Positions 7,001 through 17,135 of a stretch of DNA of 64,000 nucleotides are shown here, in pieces; position 1 is the first letter of the stretch, and every line of letters starts with the position of its first letter. The DNA is taken from positions 1,772 to 65,771 of the forward strand of contig JACRCZ010000118.1 in assembly GCA_016218765.1 (NCBI GenBank), read 5' to 3'. The notes beneath the pieces were generated by a model. The model ran no database searches. It was not told where the DNA came from and saw only the letters and a list, made by a program, of their open reading frames with translations. The position numbers were made by a program, and so were the translations under genes. The stretch comes from Deltaproteobacteria bacterium (GTDB taxonomy: Bacteria; Myxococcota_A; Polyangia; DRWM01; JAAZOP01).

Positions 7001-9095
7001 AGACGACGGTTTCGATGGAGATGCGATGGTCGAGGGCGGCGCGAGCGTAGAGTGCGTGGAAGGCCTCGACGCCGGCGTCGCCGCAGGCTGCGTACGAGCC
7101 GCGGTGGGCGAGGCAGGCGTCGTTCCAGCCCATGCCGAAGGCCGATTTGAGGGTGGCGGTGGAGGGCAGGTCGAAGCCGCGCACGCGCAGGGTGATCGGG
7201 ATTGCGGTCGCCGGGAGGCCGGTCCCGGTGACGATGACGGAGCCGGAGTAGTCGCCCGGCTCGGCGACGGGCGGCACGAGGAGCTCGACCCAGACTGCGC
7301 GGCTCTGACCGGCGGGGACGTCGAAGGGGAACGCGTTGCGCACCTGTCCGGCGTAGGTATCGATCTCCGGGACGAGCGGATCGGGCCAGGGTCCGACGGC
7401 GCCTTCGGTGTTGGACGGGGTGACGACGTCGTAGAGGCCGACGCGGTAGAGGACGAACTCGGCGGCATCGATCCGTGCGCCGGCGGGTCCGTCGAGGCCG
7501 GACACCTCGGCGGTGACTCCCGTGACGCCCGACGTTCCGCCGCCGATGACGAGCTGGAACGCCTCGTATTCGTTCCGTGCCGCTTCGATCCGCGCTTCGG
7601 TCAGGGCGGGCACGGCGAAGCCGGGGCGGACTTTCTCGAGCGGGTTGGTGACGCCGACCTGCTGCGCGGAGGCGGCCGCGGGCAAGGACGACATCCCGGT
7701 CACGGCGACCACGATGGACAGCCACCGCTGGAAGCCTCTTCCGCCGTTCCTTCGCCTTCGGCGAAGGATCACGAATGCGATCGCGAGGGGTACCGCGCTC
7801 CATCCCGCGCCCGGCGCTCCCGCGGCGCGGCAGCCGCAGCCGGCTTCGTCGTCGCCGTCGTTGCCGGCGTCGGCATCGCGTGCGGCGTCGTTGCCGGCGT
7901 CGTTGCCGGCGTCGCTGCCGGCATCCGTGCCCGCGTCCGCGTCGCCGCCGTCGCAGGTCCAGCCGGCGCAGAACTCGTAGGCGCCGAGGTCCCACGAGGC
8001 TCCGACGGGACGACTTGTGCCGCGGATGTCGAGCGCGGCGGCGGGGTGGCCGTTCAGCTCGGCGAGGCCGGCATCGACCGCGGGGCAGCCGGCGCGGATG
8101 CGGTAGTCGTCCGTGGCTGCGCCGACGAAGAGGCGGTCCGGCTCGGTGACGAACGAGCCCAGCTCCCAGCCGCCGGCCTGGAGCTGGGCGAGGGAGACGA
8201 GGGTGGAGCCGCCGTCGGTGCTCATGCGATCGACGACCGCGTTGCGCGCGGAGGCGAAGCCGAGGTCGCCTTCGAGGGCCACGCTGCCGGCGGCGAGATC
8301 GGCGCTGAGGAGGATGTTGTCGAAGGCGACGTTGTCGGTGCCGAGGCCGCCGTTCGCGGCGAGGCGCAGTGCCCAGCCGCCGGCTTCCGGCAGCGAGATC
8401 GTGTTGTTGACGACGACGAGGCCGTCCGGGCCGGGGGCGCGGTCGCCGCCGACGGCGACGATGCCGCCGCCCGCGGTGTCGTAGATCACGTTGTTGCGCA
8501 CGACGGTCGCGTCGACGGGTCCCAGCGCGATGCCGGCGCCGGCGCAACCGTGGAGAACGTTGGCTTCGATCGTCGCACCTTCGGCATCGCCGATTTCGAT
8601 GCAAGCCGCACCAAGGCCGTCGCCCGAATCGGCCACGGCGTTGCCGCGCAGGACGATGCCCTGGGCCTGTCCGCCGCCGGCGCGCGCGACGCGGATGCCC
8701 GCGGCGGTCATGCCGGTGACGGCGAAGCCCTCGACGGTGACGAAGCCGTCGGCCTCGAGCAGCACGCCGAATCCACCCGGGACAGGTGAGGCATCGATGA
8801 CGGCGGCATCGGCGGCTGCGCGGAACACGATCGGTGCGGCTTCCGACCCGCCGGTCGCGAGCACGAAGCCCGCGTAGTTCCCGTCGGCCACGACGACCTC
8901 GTCGCCCGCGGCGACGGAGTCCGCGGCGTGCTGGAGCGTGGCCCACGGCGAGGTTTCGCTTCCGTCGGCCGTGTCGTCGCCGGCGGGGGGCGGAGCGACG
9001 TGGTAGGTGGCGGCGCCGGCGGCGGCCGGCAGGGCGATGGCGGCGACCAGGGCGAGGCAGACCGTCCGGCCGCGGTTGGCGTGGGTGTGCAGCAT
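4035..9095 (-). CDS. Tripartite secreted precursor with three enzyme units, each ending in a GCGC sorting signal. Unit 1 is a beta-helix (pectate-lyase-like), unit 2 is DUF4091/GH-like and unit 3 is a second beta-helix.
   Basis: A single uninterrupted frame of 1686 codons. N-terminal Sec signal. Beta-helix repeat motifs in units 1 and 3. ELYFQTT..GDGTLFYPG in unit 2. Three GCGCR + TM + RRR segments. Confidence 0.8.
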   Translation of the reverse strand: MLHTHANRGRTVCLALVAAIALPAAAGAATYHVAPPPAGDDTADGSETSPWATLQHAADSVAAGDEVVVADGNYAGFVLATGGSEAAPIVFRAAADAAVIDASPVPGGFGVLLEADGFVTVEGFAVTGMTAAGIRVARAGGGQAQGIVLRGNAVADSGDGLGAACIEIGDAEGATIEANVLHGCAGAGIALGPVDATVVRNNVIYDTAGGGIVAVGGDRAPGPDGLVVVNNTISLPEAGGWALRLAANGGLGTDNVAFDNILLSADLAAGSVALEGDLGFASARNAVVDRMSTDGGSTLVSLAQLQAGGWELGSFVTEPDRLFVGAATDDYRIRAGCPAVDAGLAELNGHPAAALDIRGTSRPVGASWDLGAYEFCAGWTCDGGDADAGTDAGSDAGNDAGNDAARDADAGNDGDDEAGCGCRAAGAPGAGWSAVPLAIAFVILRRRRRNGGRGFQRWLSIVVAVTGMSSLPAAASAQQVGVTNPLEKVRPGFAVPALTEARIEAARNEYEAFQLVIGGGTSGVTGVTAEVSGLDGPAGARIDAAEFVLYRVGLYDVVTPSNTEGAVGPWPDPLVPEIDTYAGQVRNAFPFDVPAGQSRAVWVELLVPPVAEPGDYSGSVIVTGTGLPATAIPITLRVRGFDLPSTATLKSAFGMGWNDACLAHRGSYAACGDAGVEAFHALYARAALDHRISIETVVYAGPISDDWIPFDSVYAPLLDGTAPTRLAGAKLTTIRLMTADAAQMVWWHDHFASRGWLDALFDYTCDEPPAGCLFSDIPPRAAAVHAAGLRTLVTTDIDELTTYGISGDVDILTPVVNYMHPRGAADRRSEYDPFLALSPDKELWWYQSCMSHGCGTGCSATTDPWYSGWPSYVIDASGIQARAMEWLSFRFRITGELYFQTTHKLPGAWTDQCDFSGNGDGTLFYPGRPDRIGGTTDIPVESIRLKLIREGMEDYEYLHRLEVLGDRATAEAEAAALFPAAYEVTATTPAELYAARARIADRIETLMGGDADADADADGDADADADGDADADADAVEDTPGEGTCDPASCEAACLPYAFRGCTAAGVCVCMDQPECPPADPGSSDDGCGCRAAGNPGRGGWLAAALAAVVLGLRRRIRLAVPLVALAGCLAASTAQGATYEVGPGRPLAEVGDVPWESLAPGDTVLIHWRDTPYNDKFVVAAQGTEALPVVVRGVPNGTGQLPVIDGNGASTRDALNFWNEDRGVIKIGGANSPPCDQPDCVPSWITLENLDVRSARPPFSFTSSRGGGVFADNAASIYVEVGRNITIRRCIIHDSGNGLFVGVNGGLTQDILVEGNWIYDNGIEGSYYEHNSYTAAMGIIFQYNHYGPLRAGCGGNNLKDRSAGLVVRYNWIENGNRQLDLVDGEDSPVVIGDPRYRRTFVYGNLLLEADGEGNSQIVHYGGDSGDESIYRKGTLYFHNNTVVSTRAGNTTLFRLSSNDEHCDARNNILYVTADGGALALTSGTGVLDLSHNWMKPGYVPTHDTLEGTINDDGTAVGGPSPGFLGEATQDFHLDAASPCLNAGTSLLPDVLPDHDVLRQYVVHQDSEPRPLEPPLDLGAFELCLSGTCGAADADADADADADANADSSADSSADSPPDSSPDTSADTSPEGGDGSTSNDPTGDGCGCRTTRRATAPLPLLRLGLWLHLRRRTKLPPARRPKTYDL
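4080..4163 (-). other. C-terminal MYXO-CTERM-type sorting signal 3 (GCGCRTTRRATAPLPLLRLGLWLHLRRR), degenerate
   Basis: aa 1645-1672. The hydrophobic stretch is interrupted by R and H. Confidence 0.5.
5742..5837 (-). other. Internal MYXO-CTERM-type sorting signal 2 (GCGCRAAGNPGRGGWLAAALAAVVLGLRRRIR)
   Basis: aa 1087-1118. It is followed at 5685..5741 by LAVPLVALAGCLAASTAQG, which looks like a signal peptide with a lipobox. Confidence 0.7.
7749..7841 (-). other. Internal MYXO-CTERM-type sorting signal 1 (GCGCRAAGAPGAGWSAVPLAIAFVILRRRRR)
   Basis: aa 419-449 of the 1686-aa ORF. It is followed at 7665..7742 by the signal-peptide-like RGFQRWLSIVVAVTGMSSLPAAASA. Confidence 0.7.
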
Positions 9096-9319
9096 GCGGA
9101 GACGGTAGCGTGCGGGGGGCGGGGGGGCAAGGGGGGGAGGGGGGGGATGGGGGGGATGGGGGGAAATGCAAATGCTGAAACATGCAATTGAAGATTGGAA
9201 ACGGGAGGGATGCGGGACGGCCGATGCAAGGTGGAAGATGGGGGGCGAATGCGGGTTCCTGGCGATCGCGCGGCTACCGGTGTACGTAGGGAGGGTTCGC
9301 CTGGACGGAGGAGAAAGAG

Positions 9320-10162
9320 ATGAACTGCAAAAACGCCCTGCTGCTTGCTTTCGGACTCGGGGTCGTTGCTGCGCCGGCGGGGGCGTCGCCGCCGTGCGAA
9401 TGTCCGATGCTGGAGTCGGTGCCGTCCGATGGGGCCACGGGGGTGCCGACGAACGTGCGCATTTTCGTGCTGCTGGGCGGGTTCACGGCGGACCAGGTGA
9501 CGCTGGCTCCGGAGGAGCAGCCGTTGGCGGCGGTGGCGGTGCGAGTGGAGGGGACGGGCGGCACGCTGGACGAGACGTGGATCATACCCCAGGCCGAGCT
9601 GGAGCCGGCGACGCGGTACCGGCTGACGCTGCCGGAGCCGTTGGCGGCGCGGACGTTCACGACGGGCGCGGGGCCGGACACGACGGTGCCGACGTTCGAC
9701 GGTGTGACGGTGGAGGGGACGAGCCTATCGGGTGCCTGCGACGATCATGTCGCCGCGGTGGTGGCGGTCCAGGGACTGGACGACGACGTGGTGTCGGTGG
9801 GCGACCTGCTCTTGCGGGTCGCGGTCGACGATCCGTCTGGGGAGGTGGAGACGCGGGTGGTCTGGCTGCGGGGCGAGCGGGGCGTGTTCGGTGCGTTCTC
9901 GGCGCCTTCCTGGCAGGGCTGTCTGCACAACTTTCCCGGCGTATCGACGGTGCGCGATTTGGAGGCGGTGGTCACGGCGCTGGACTGGTCGGGCAACGAG
10001 TCGGCGCCGTCGGAGAGCGCGACGTTCCGATTCCAGGACAACCCGTGGGCGGTCGCGTGCGACTGCGCGGTGCCCGGCTCGGGCTCCGCGGGGGGGTTAG
10101 GTGCGCTGGCTCTCTCGGCCCTTGGGATCCTGGGGCTTCGCCGGCGAGGGCGGCGCGGGTAA
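9320..10162 (+). CDS. Secreted Ig-like (SbsA_Ig-type) protein with a variant Cys sorting tail
   Basis: RBS GGAGGAGAAAGAG before the ATG. Signal MNCKNALLLAFGLGVVAAPAGA. SVPSDGATGVPTN motif. C-terminus CDCAVPGSGSAGGLGALALSALGILGLRRRGRRG. Confidence 0.7.
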   Translation: MNCKNALLLAFGLGVVAAPAGASPPCECPMLESVPSDGATGVPTNVRIFVLLGGFTADQVTLAPEEQPLAAVAVRVEGTGGTLDETWIIPQAELEPATRYRLTLPEPLAARTFTTGAGPDTTVPTFDGVTVEGTSLSGACDDHVAAVVAVQGLDDDVVSVGDLLLRVAVDDPSGEVETRVVWLRGERGVFGAFSAPSWQGCLHNFPGVSTVRDLEAVVTALDWSGNESAPSESATFRFQDNPWAVACDCAVPGSGSAGGLGALALSALGILGLRRRGRRG

Positions 10163-10165
10163 GAC

Positions 10166-11173
10166 CTATCCGGGGCAGCACCATTCGCAGTAGCCGTGGT
10201 AGCAGGTTTCGCCCGGGGGGCAGTCCGTCTCGAGCAGGCATTCGGTTCCTTCGGTGCGGCACTCTCCGATACACGGCGCGAGCACGTCGCCCCAGAAGAA
10301 GCAGAACAGGCCGGCGGCGCAGTCGCCGTCCTCGAACGGCGTGCAGGCCGCGCCTTCGGGATTCGGGCCCCGCGGGGCGCATTCCTCGGGGGAGGTGATC
10401 GGCCAGAACTCCCAGCCGTCGGCGTCGGTATCGACGAGGTATCCGTCGAGCCACAGCTCGCCCCAGGTGGGTTCCGGCGTGCAGGAGGCGTCGCATTCGC
10501 TGCCGGAGCAGCTCCACGGGACACCGCAGGTCGAGCCGCGCAGGGTGAACTGGCAGGCGATCGTCCGTTGCACCGGGGAGTCGAAGCACGCGTCGGGTTC
10601 GGGCGTGCAGGCGGAGGAGGTGGGCCCCAGCGACGGCCAGCCGTGGAGGGTGAGGAGCCGGCCGCGGTACTGTTCCCAGCCGCCGCGGGGGGTCACGGCG
10701 GCGTCGAAGATGCCGGCGGAAGGCGGGGCGTCGGTGGGCGCGCAGGCGTCGTCCACGCCGATGCAGCGGCCGGCGTCGCAGCGCGCGTCGTAGAAGCGGC
10801 GGCCTATCGGCCCGCAGGCGTAGCATTCGCGCCAGCAGTCGTCGTGGGTGTCGGTCCACGCGGTCCCGAGCTCGTGCAGGCAGTGGTCCTCCGCGAGGCG
10901 GGAGCGCGGGACGGCGAGGGGGTCGGGATCGCAGCAGCGCTCCTCGTTCAGGGCGACGATGCAGTCGTCATCGGTCGTGCACTCCGGGGGCGGCACGTCG
11001 GTTGGAGCGTCGGCCTCGTCCGGAGCGTCCGCGTCGCCGTCCTCCGCCGAATCTCGTGCTTCCACGGGTGGAACGTCGAAGGCGTCGGGATCGAGGGTGT
11101 CGAAGCAGCCGGAGCCAATTCCCAGCAGTAGCAGCGGCGCCGTCCACTTCGGCCAAGACGTGCGGACGCTCAC
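10166..11173 (-). CDS. Cys-rich lipoprotein, function unknown
   Basis: GTG at 11173 lies 5 nt after GGAGGA and overlaps the upstream stop as GTGA. Lipobox LLLGIGSGC. More than 30 Cys residues. Confidence 0.65.
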   Translation of the reverse strand: MSVRTSWPKWTAPLLLLGIGSGCFDTLDPDAFDVPPVEARDSAEDGDADAPDEADAPTDVPPPECTTDDDCIVALNEERCCDPDPLAVPRSRLAEDHCLHELGTAWTDTHDDCWRECYACGPIGRRFYDARCDAGRCIGVDDACAPTDAPPSAGIFDAAVTPRGGWEQYRGRLLTLHGWPSLGPTSSACTPEPDACFDSPVQRTIACQFTLRGSTCGVPWSCSGSECDASCTPEPTWGELWLDGYLVDTDADGWEFWPITSPEECAPRGPNPEGAACTPFEDGDCAAGLFCFFWGDVLAPCIGECRTEGTECLLETDCPPGETCYHGYCEWCCPG

Positions 11174-12201
11174 GGTGTCCTCCGGCCCGGGGGGGACCGT
11201 TGTCGGTTTCGTTGGAGCCTCGCGCGGCTCCACGCGGCGACGGCCGCCACGAGCAGGATCGCGCCGGCCGAGCGTGTCGGTCCGGCTGCGGCGGTGCAGC
11301 CGCGCGGCGTTTCGCGTGGCGGAGGTGCGGCTTCCGCGGCGCCAGCGTCACTTCCGGCGCCGGTGGGCGGTCGAAGGCCGTCGTGGTCGGGGGTTTCGGG
11401 TGCCGCCGGCGCTTCGGCCCCGGGCCGCGGGGGCGCGGTGACGGTCACTGTTTTCTCACCTACCGTCTCGTTGCCGGCGATGTCGCGCGCGGCGATCCGG
11501 TACTCCCAGGTCGCGGCCCACGCCTCGCGTTCCCAGGTGGACCAGGAGAAGAACCACGTTTCGCGGTCGGGGGTGGGCCGGAAGGTCCGCCATTCGTCCC
11601 AGGTCGCGTCGCCGGGGTGGCGGCGATCGAGCCGGTAGAGCAGCTCGTCGTGATCCCGGGGCGCGTCGGCCGCGGCGGCGAACTCCAGGCGCGTGAGCAC
11701 GACGTCGCCTTCCGTCGCCTCGCAGGGCGAGAGCGGCACGCTTTCCCGTTCCGCCGTCGCGGTGCCCGACTCGATCCCTGCGAACGCCGGGGCGTGTTCG
11801 TCGCGCTCTCCCGCGATGCGCACGCGCACGAGACGCTCCCATTCCCCGAGCGCATCGGTCGAGAGGGGGCGCCGCACCTGGAGCTCGACCTGTCCCGGCG
11901 GGAGGTCGGCGTCGGGCACGAGCTCCAGGAGCGACCTGGCCCACGGCTCGCGGTGGGACGGGATTTCGGTCCCGGTCGGGTCGATCACGCGGAATTGGTG
12001 TTCGGGGCCGTTTTCCACGCCGCCGCATCCCGGCGCGACGAGGACGCGGAAGCGCGTGTTGGGCGGGGCTGCGGCGCCATCCCGTGGGACGTCGGAGTAG
12101 GCGATCGGGCCGTTGGACGCGCACTCGTCCGCGCGGGCGCCCGAGGCGGCGAGGAGGAGGAAGAAGCCACCGATGCAAGCCGATGAACGCTGATAGCGCA
12201 A
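11170..12201 (-). CDS. Secreted protein with a variant sorting tail ([21 protein letters not shown])
   Basis: Signal [25 protein letters not shown]-terminal architecture resembles 9320..10162. Translationally coupled to the downstream gene. Confidence 0.65.
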   Translation of the reverse strand: MRYQRSSACIGGFFLLLAASGARADECASNGPIAYSDVPRDGAAAPPNTRFRVLVAPGCGGVENGPEHQFRVIDPTGTEIPSHREPWARSLLELVPDADLPPGQVELQVRRPLSTDALGEWERLVRVRIAGERDEHAPAFAGIESGTATAERESVPLSPCEATEGDVVLTRLEFAAAADAPRDHDELLYRLDRRHPGDATWDEWRTFRPTPDRETWFFSWSTWEREAWAATWEYRIAARDIAGNETVGEKTVTVTAPPRPGAEAPAAPETPDHDGLRPPTGAGSDAGAAEAAPPPRETPRGCTAAAGPTRSAGAILLVAAVAAWSRARLQRNRQRSPPGRRTP

Positions 12202-12205
12202 GGCA

Positions 12206-14155
<1,950 letters not shown>

Positions 14156-14385
14156 GCGTCTCCTCCCGCTTTGCCCCGCCGACACCCCGTTCCTGGAAAT
14201 TGGCCTACCGGGGCGCGCGACGCAAGCCCGGTGGAGAGGGTGTGGGGCGGTGGCGGCGTGTCAGCCTTTTCCGGAGCCGGGCGTGGGGAGGTTGGGGAGA
14301 TCTGGGCGCGGATGGGTGTGGCGGCCGATGCGGCGGAAGGTTGACCGTGCTTCCTCCCCGGCGCCGGCCGGCGTAGATTCCGCGC

Positions 14386-15507
14386 ATGGGCCTTGGACCT
14401 TGCCGGCTCGTTGTGGTCCTCGCGGTGTCGGCCGCGTTCGCCGTCCCGGGGCGGTCGGCGGAGCCGCCGCTCCGCGTCGCCGTGCGGGTCGCTTCGCCTG
14501 TGGATGCGGCGCTCCTGGAACGCGTGGAAGGCCAGGCGTCCGACCTCGCGGTCGAGCTGCTCCCGTCGCCGTCCGGTCCGCTCGAGCCGACCCTGGCCGA
14601 GCAGCTCGCGACCGCGCGCGCGCTCGCGGGAGCTGCGGGCGCCGGCGTCGTGGTCTGGTTCTCGAGGGTCCTCGACGACGCCGGAAGCGGGGCGGTCCTC
14701 GTCCACGTCGCCGAGACCGCGTCCGGCCGCGTCCTCGCCCGCGTCGTCGGCGGAGGTTCCGGGGCCGGCGGCTCCGACGCCCCCGACTCGGCCACGGTCG
14801 AGCAGGCGGCGCTGGTGGTGCGCTCGACCCTCCGGGCGCTTGCCGCGGGAGGCTCGATCGGCGTTGAGGCGCCCGCGGCGCCCGCGACCCCCACGGCGCT
14901 GCCCGGACCGCCCGCATCCATGTCACCCGTCACGGCGACCCCGCCGCCGGCGTCCGAGCCTGTCGCCTCGACCCTCGGTTGGACTGTGGAGCTGGGATGG
15001 GCCGCGGTCTTCGATGGCGGCGCAGCCGCCGGCCAACACGGTCTCGAGGCTCGCCTCGGCCTGGCCATCCCCTGGCTCCGTCTGTCCGCGTGCGGTCGCG
15101 TCGGCTTCCCGTCCGAGCTGCCCGACCCTTGGGCCACGGTCGAGCTTTCCCGCCACGGAGTGGGCCTGGGCGTCGACGTCGTCCTCGAGCTGGCGGACGG
15201 CCTCGAGCTGCTGCTCGGCGTCGAGATCGGCGCCGCGGCCTGGCGCCGTGCGGCCGCGAGCGCGGGCCCGGGTGTCAGCCTGCACGCGGCCCGCACGTTG
15301 TGGTCGTTCGCCCTGGCGCCCGAGGTGCGTCTCGACTGGCGGCCCGCGGCGCTCGGGGGCGTCGGCTTCGTGATGGCCGTCGCAGTGGACTGGGTGCCCT
15401 CGGCGCCGCGGTTCGGCTACGACGAGGGCGGGACGTTCGCGGTGGCGCACGAGTTGAGTCCCGTTCAGGCGCGCGTGGGCTTCGGCGTTTCGTTTTCGGC
15501 AAGGTGA
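14386..15507 (+). CDS. Secreted hypothetical protein, C-terminal half beta-barrel-like
   Basis: Signal MGLGPCRLVVVLAVSAAFA. High GC3. Alternating-strand pattern ending ..VGFGVSFSAR. Confidence 0.55.
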   Translation: MGLGPCRLVVVLAVSAAFAVPGRSAEPPLRVAVRVASPVDAALLERVEGQASDLAVELLPSPSGPLEPTLAEQLATARALAGAAGAGVVVWFSRVLDDAGSGAVLVHVAETASGRVLARVVGGGSGAGGSDAPDSATVEQAALVVRSTLRALAAGGSIGVEAPAAPATPTALPGPPASMSPVTATPPPASEPVASTLGWTVELGWAAVFDGGAAAGQHGLEARLGLAIPWLRLSACGRVGFPSELPDPWATVELSRHGVGLGVDVVLELADGLELLLGVEIGAAAWRRAAASAGPGVSLHAARTLWSFALAPEVRLDWRPAALGGVGFVMAVAVDWVPSAPRFGYDEGGTFAVAHELSPVQARVGFGVSFSAR

Positions 15508-15557
15508 TCGTCGTCGTGAGTGACCCGAATTGGCCGTCCGGCTCCTCTATACCGGAG

Positions 15558-16169
15558 ATGGAAGCGGTCGGGCCGCGCGGCGGCCGCGACACGACGGAGG
15601 AGCCCCGCGATCCGCGGGTGGCGGCGGCGGCGCGCGGCGATCGCGCCGCCGCGGAGGCGTTGTTGGTCGAGACCCTGCCCCGGGTGCGCAACCTGGTCCG
15701 CTATCTCGTCCGCGGCGACGCCGTCGTGGACGACCTGGCACAGGACGCGCTGGTCGCGATCCTCCAGGGCCTGCCGACCTGCCGAGGAGAAGGACCTTTC
15801 ACCGCCTGGGCCGACCGCGTCACCGCTCGGACCGTCTTCTCCCAGCTTCGTCGCGGACGGGCGCGGGCCGCACGTCTCGCCGTCGTCGGCGACGAGATTG
15901 ACCGTGTCCGGGACGGCGCGGTGCGTCCGGACGACTACGTCGCCCGGCGGCGCGTGGTCACGTTCCTGGACGAGATGCCCGACGAGCAGCGCCACGCGGT
16001 CGTGTTGCACCATGTCGTGGGCCTGAGCGTCCCCGAGATGGCACGGGAGCTGGACGCGCCCGCCGAGACCGTTCGCAGCCGTCTGCGGCTGGGGATGCGA
16101 CGGCTGCGGGCCTCCTGCGGCGTGGCCGGCGCCGAGCCGGTGGAGAACGGGAATGACCAGCCCCGATGA
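15558..16169 (+). CDS. ECF-type RNA polymerase sigma-70 factor
   Basis: Region 2 (DDLAQDALVAILQG) and region 4 HTH (SVPEMARELDAPAETVRSRLRLGMRRL). About 200 aa. Confidence 0.85.
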   Translation: MEAVGPRGGRDTTEEPRDPRVAAAARGDRAAAEALLVETLPRVRNLVRYLVRGDAVVDDLAQDALVAILQGLPTCRGEGPFTAWADRVTARTVFSQLRRGRARAARLAVVGDEIDRVRDGAVRPDDYVARRRVVTFLDEMPDEQRHAVVLHHVVGLSVPEMARELDAPAETVRSRLRLGMRRLRASCGVAGAEPVENGNDQPR

Positions 16170-17091
16170 CGCGGCCGACGGCGCTCCCGACGGCCTTGGG
16201 CCGCTCGACGATCGGCCCGGACCAGCCCTGCCGCTCGCGCCGGCCCGCGCCGCCGCGCTCGTCGCCGCGGCCCTCGACCGCGCCGCTCGTCCGGCGCGTG
16301 CTCCGTCGCGCCGCAGACTGATGCTCGTCGCCGCTGCGGTGGTGGCGTTCGCGTCCGTCGCCGCCGCCACGGGGTTGTACCTCGTGCTGTCGGACTCGCA
16401 GCCGACCGCCGGGCCGGCCAGGCGTCCGGAGGAGGAGACTCGCACGGAGGCGCAGCCGCGCGGCCCGACGGCGCCGCGGTCCGGTCCGGACATGCCGAGC
16501 GTCGGGCCGCAGGCGCGCCCGACGACGATCGGACCGGAGCCTCGCGACGATTCGCCGGCCGGTCCGGTCGCGCCGCACCCCGCGGATGGAATCGAGCCTG
16601 CCGCCGGTTCCGGCCCGGCCGCGACGACGCCCCCCGCGACGGAAGTTCCTCCCGCGCCGCTCGCGCCCGACGACGAGGCCCCGACGCGACGGCCGCCGGC
16701 CGCCGCCGAGGATCTCCTGCTGCGGGCGAATCGCCTGCGCGGCGAGCGGCGGTGGGGCGATGCCGAGCGGACCTACGCGGAGGTCCTGCGTGCCGCCCCG
16801 GGGTCGGACGCGGCGTACGCGGCGGCGGTGGCGGCGGCCGCGCTGCGGCTCGAGCGTTTGGACCGACCGCGCGACGCGCTGGAGTTGTACGAGCGGGCGC
16901 TGGGCGAGCGCCCGCACGGGGTACTGGCTGAGGAAGCGGCCTTCGGAATCGCGGAGAGCAAGCGTGCGCTCGGGGACGCGAGCGGCGAGGCGGAGGCCCT
17001 GCGCCGGTTCCTGACCGATTGGCCCATGGCGCTCATGGCCGACCGGGCGCGCGAGCGGCTGGACGAGTTGGAATTGACGATCGGGCCGTAG
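16153..17091 (+). CDS. Putative anti-sigma factor: one TM segment plus a TPR-like C-terminal domain
   Basis: Overlaps the sigma gene by 17 nt. RBS GGAGAA. TM segment LMLVAAAVVAFASVAAATGLYLV. TPR-like helices at the C-terminus. Confidence 0.6.
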   Translation: MTSPDDAADGAPDGLGPLDDRPGPALPLAPARAAALVAAALDRAARPARAPSRRRLMLVAAAVVAFASVAAATGLYLVLSDSQPTAGPARRPEEETRTEAQPRGPTAPRSGPDMPSVGPQARPTTIGPEPRDDSPAGPVAPHPADGIEPAAGSGPAATTPPATEVPPAPLAPDDEAPTRRPPAAAEDLLLRANRLRGERRWGDAERTYAEVLRAAPGSDAAYAAAVAAAALRLERLDRPRDALELYERALGERPHGVLAEEAAFGIAESKRALGDASGEAEALRRFLTDWPMALMADRARERLDELELTIGP

Positions 17092-17135
17092 GCGCGGGGC
17101 CATTTGCAGGGGCCCCACGAACCGGGAGGTGGGAG

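Noticed and set aside
14-9183. Many very long ORFs overlapping the called genes in other frames or on the other strand (e.g. 14..1723, 914..2269, 2152..3858, 4042..6567, 5592..8789, 6700..9183).
   Set aside because: The translations are Arg/Pro/Gly/Ala-rich low-complexity sequence with no motifs. These are typical shadow ORFs of a high-GC genome. In each case a different frame carries recognisable domains and high GC3.
14341-14379. TTGACC ... TAGATT as a sigma-70 promoter for 14386..15507.
   Set aside because: The spacing between the hexamers is about 27 nt, far from 17 +/- 1.
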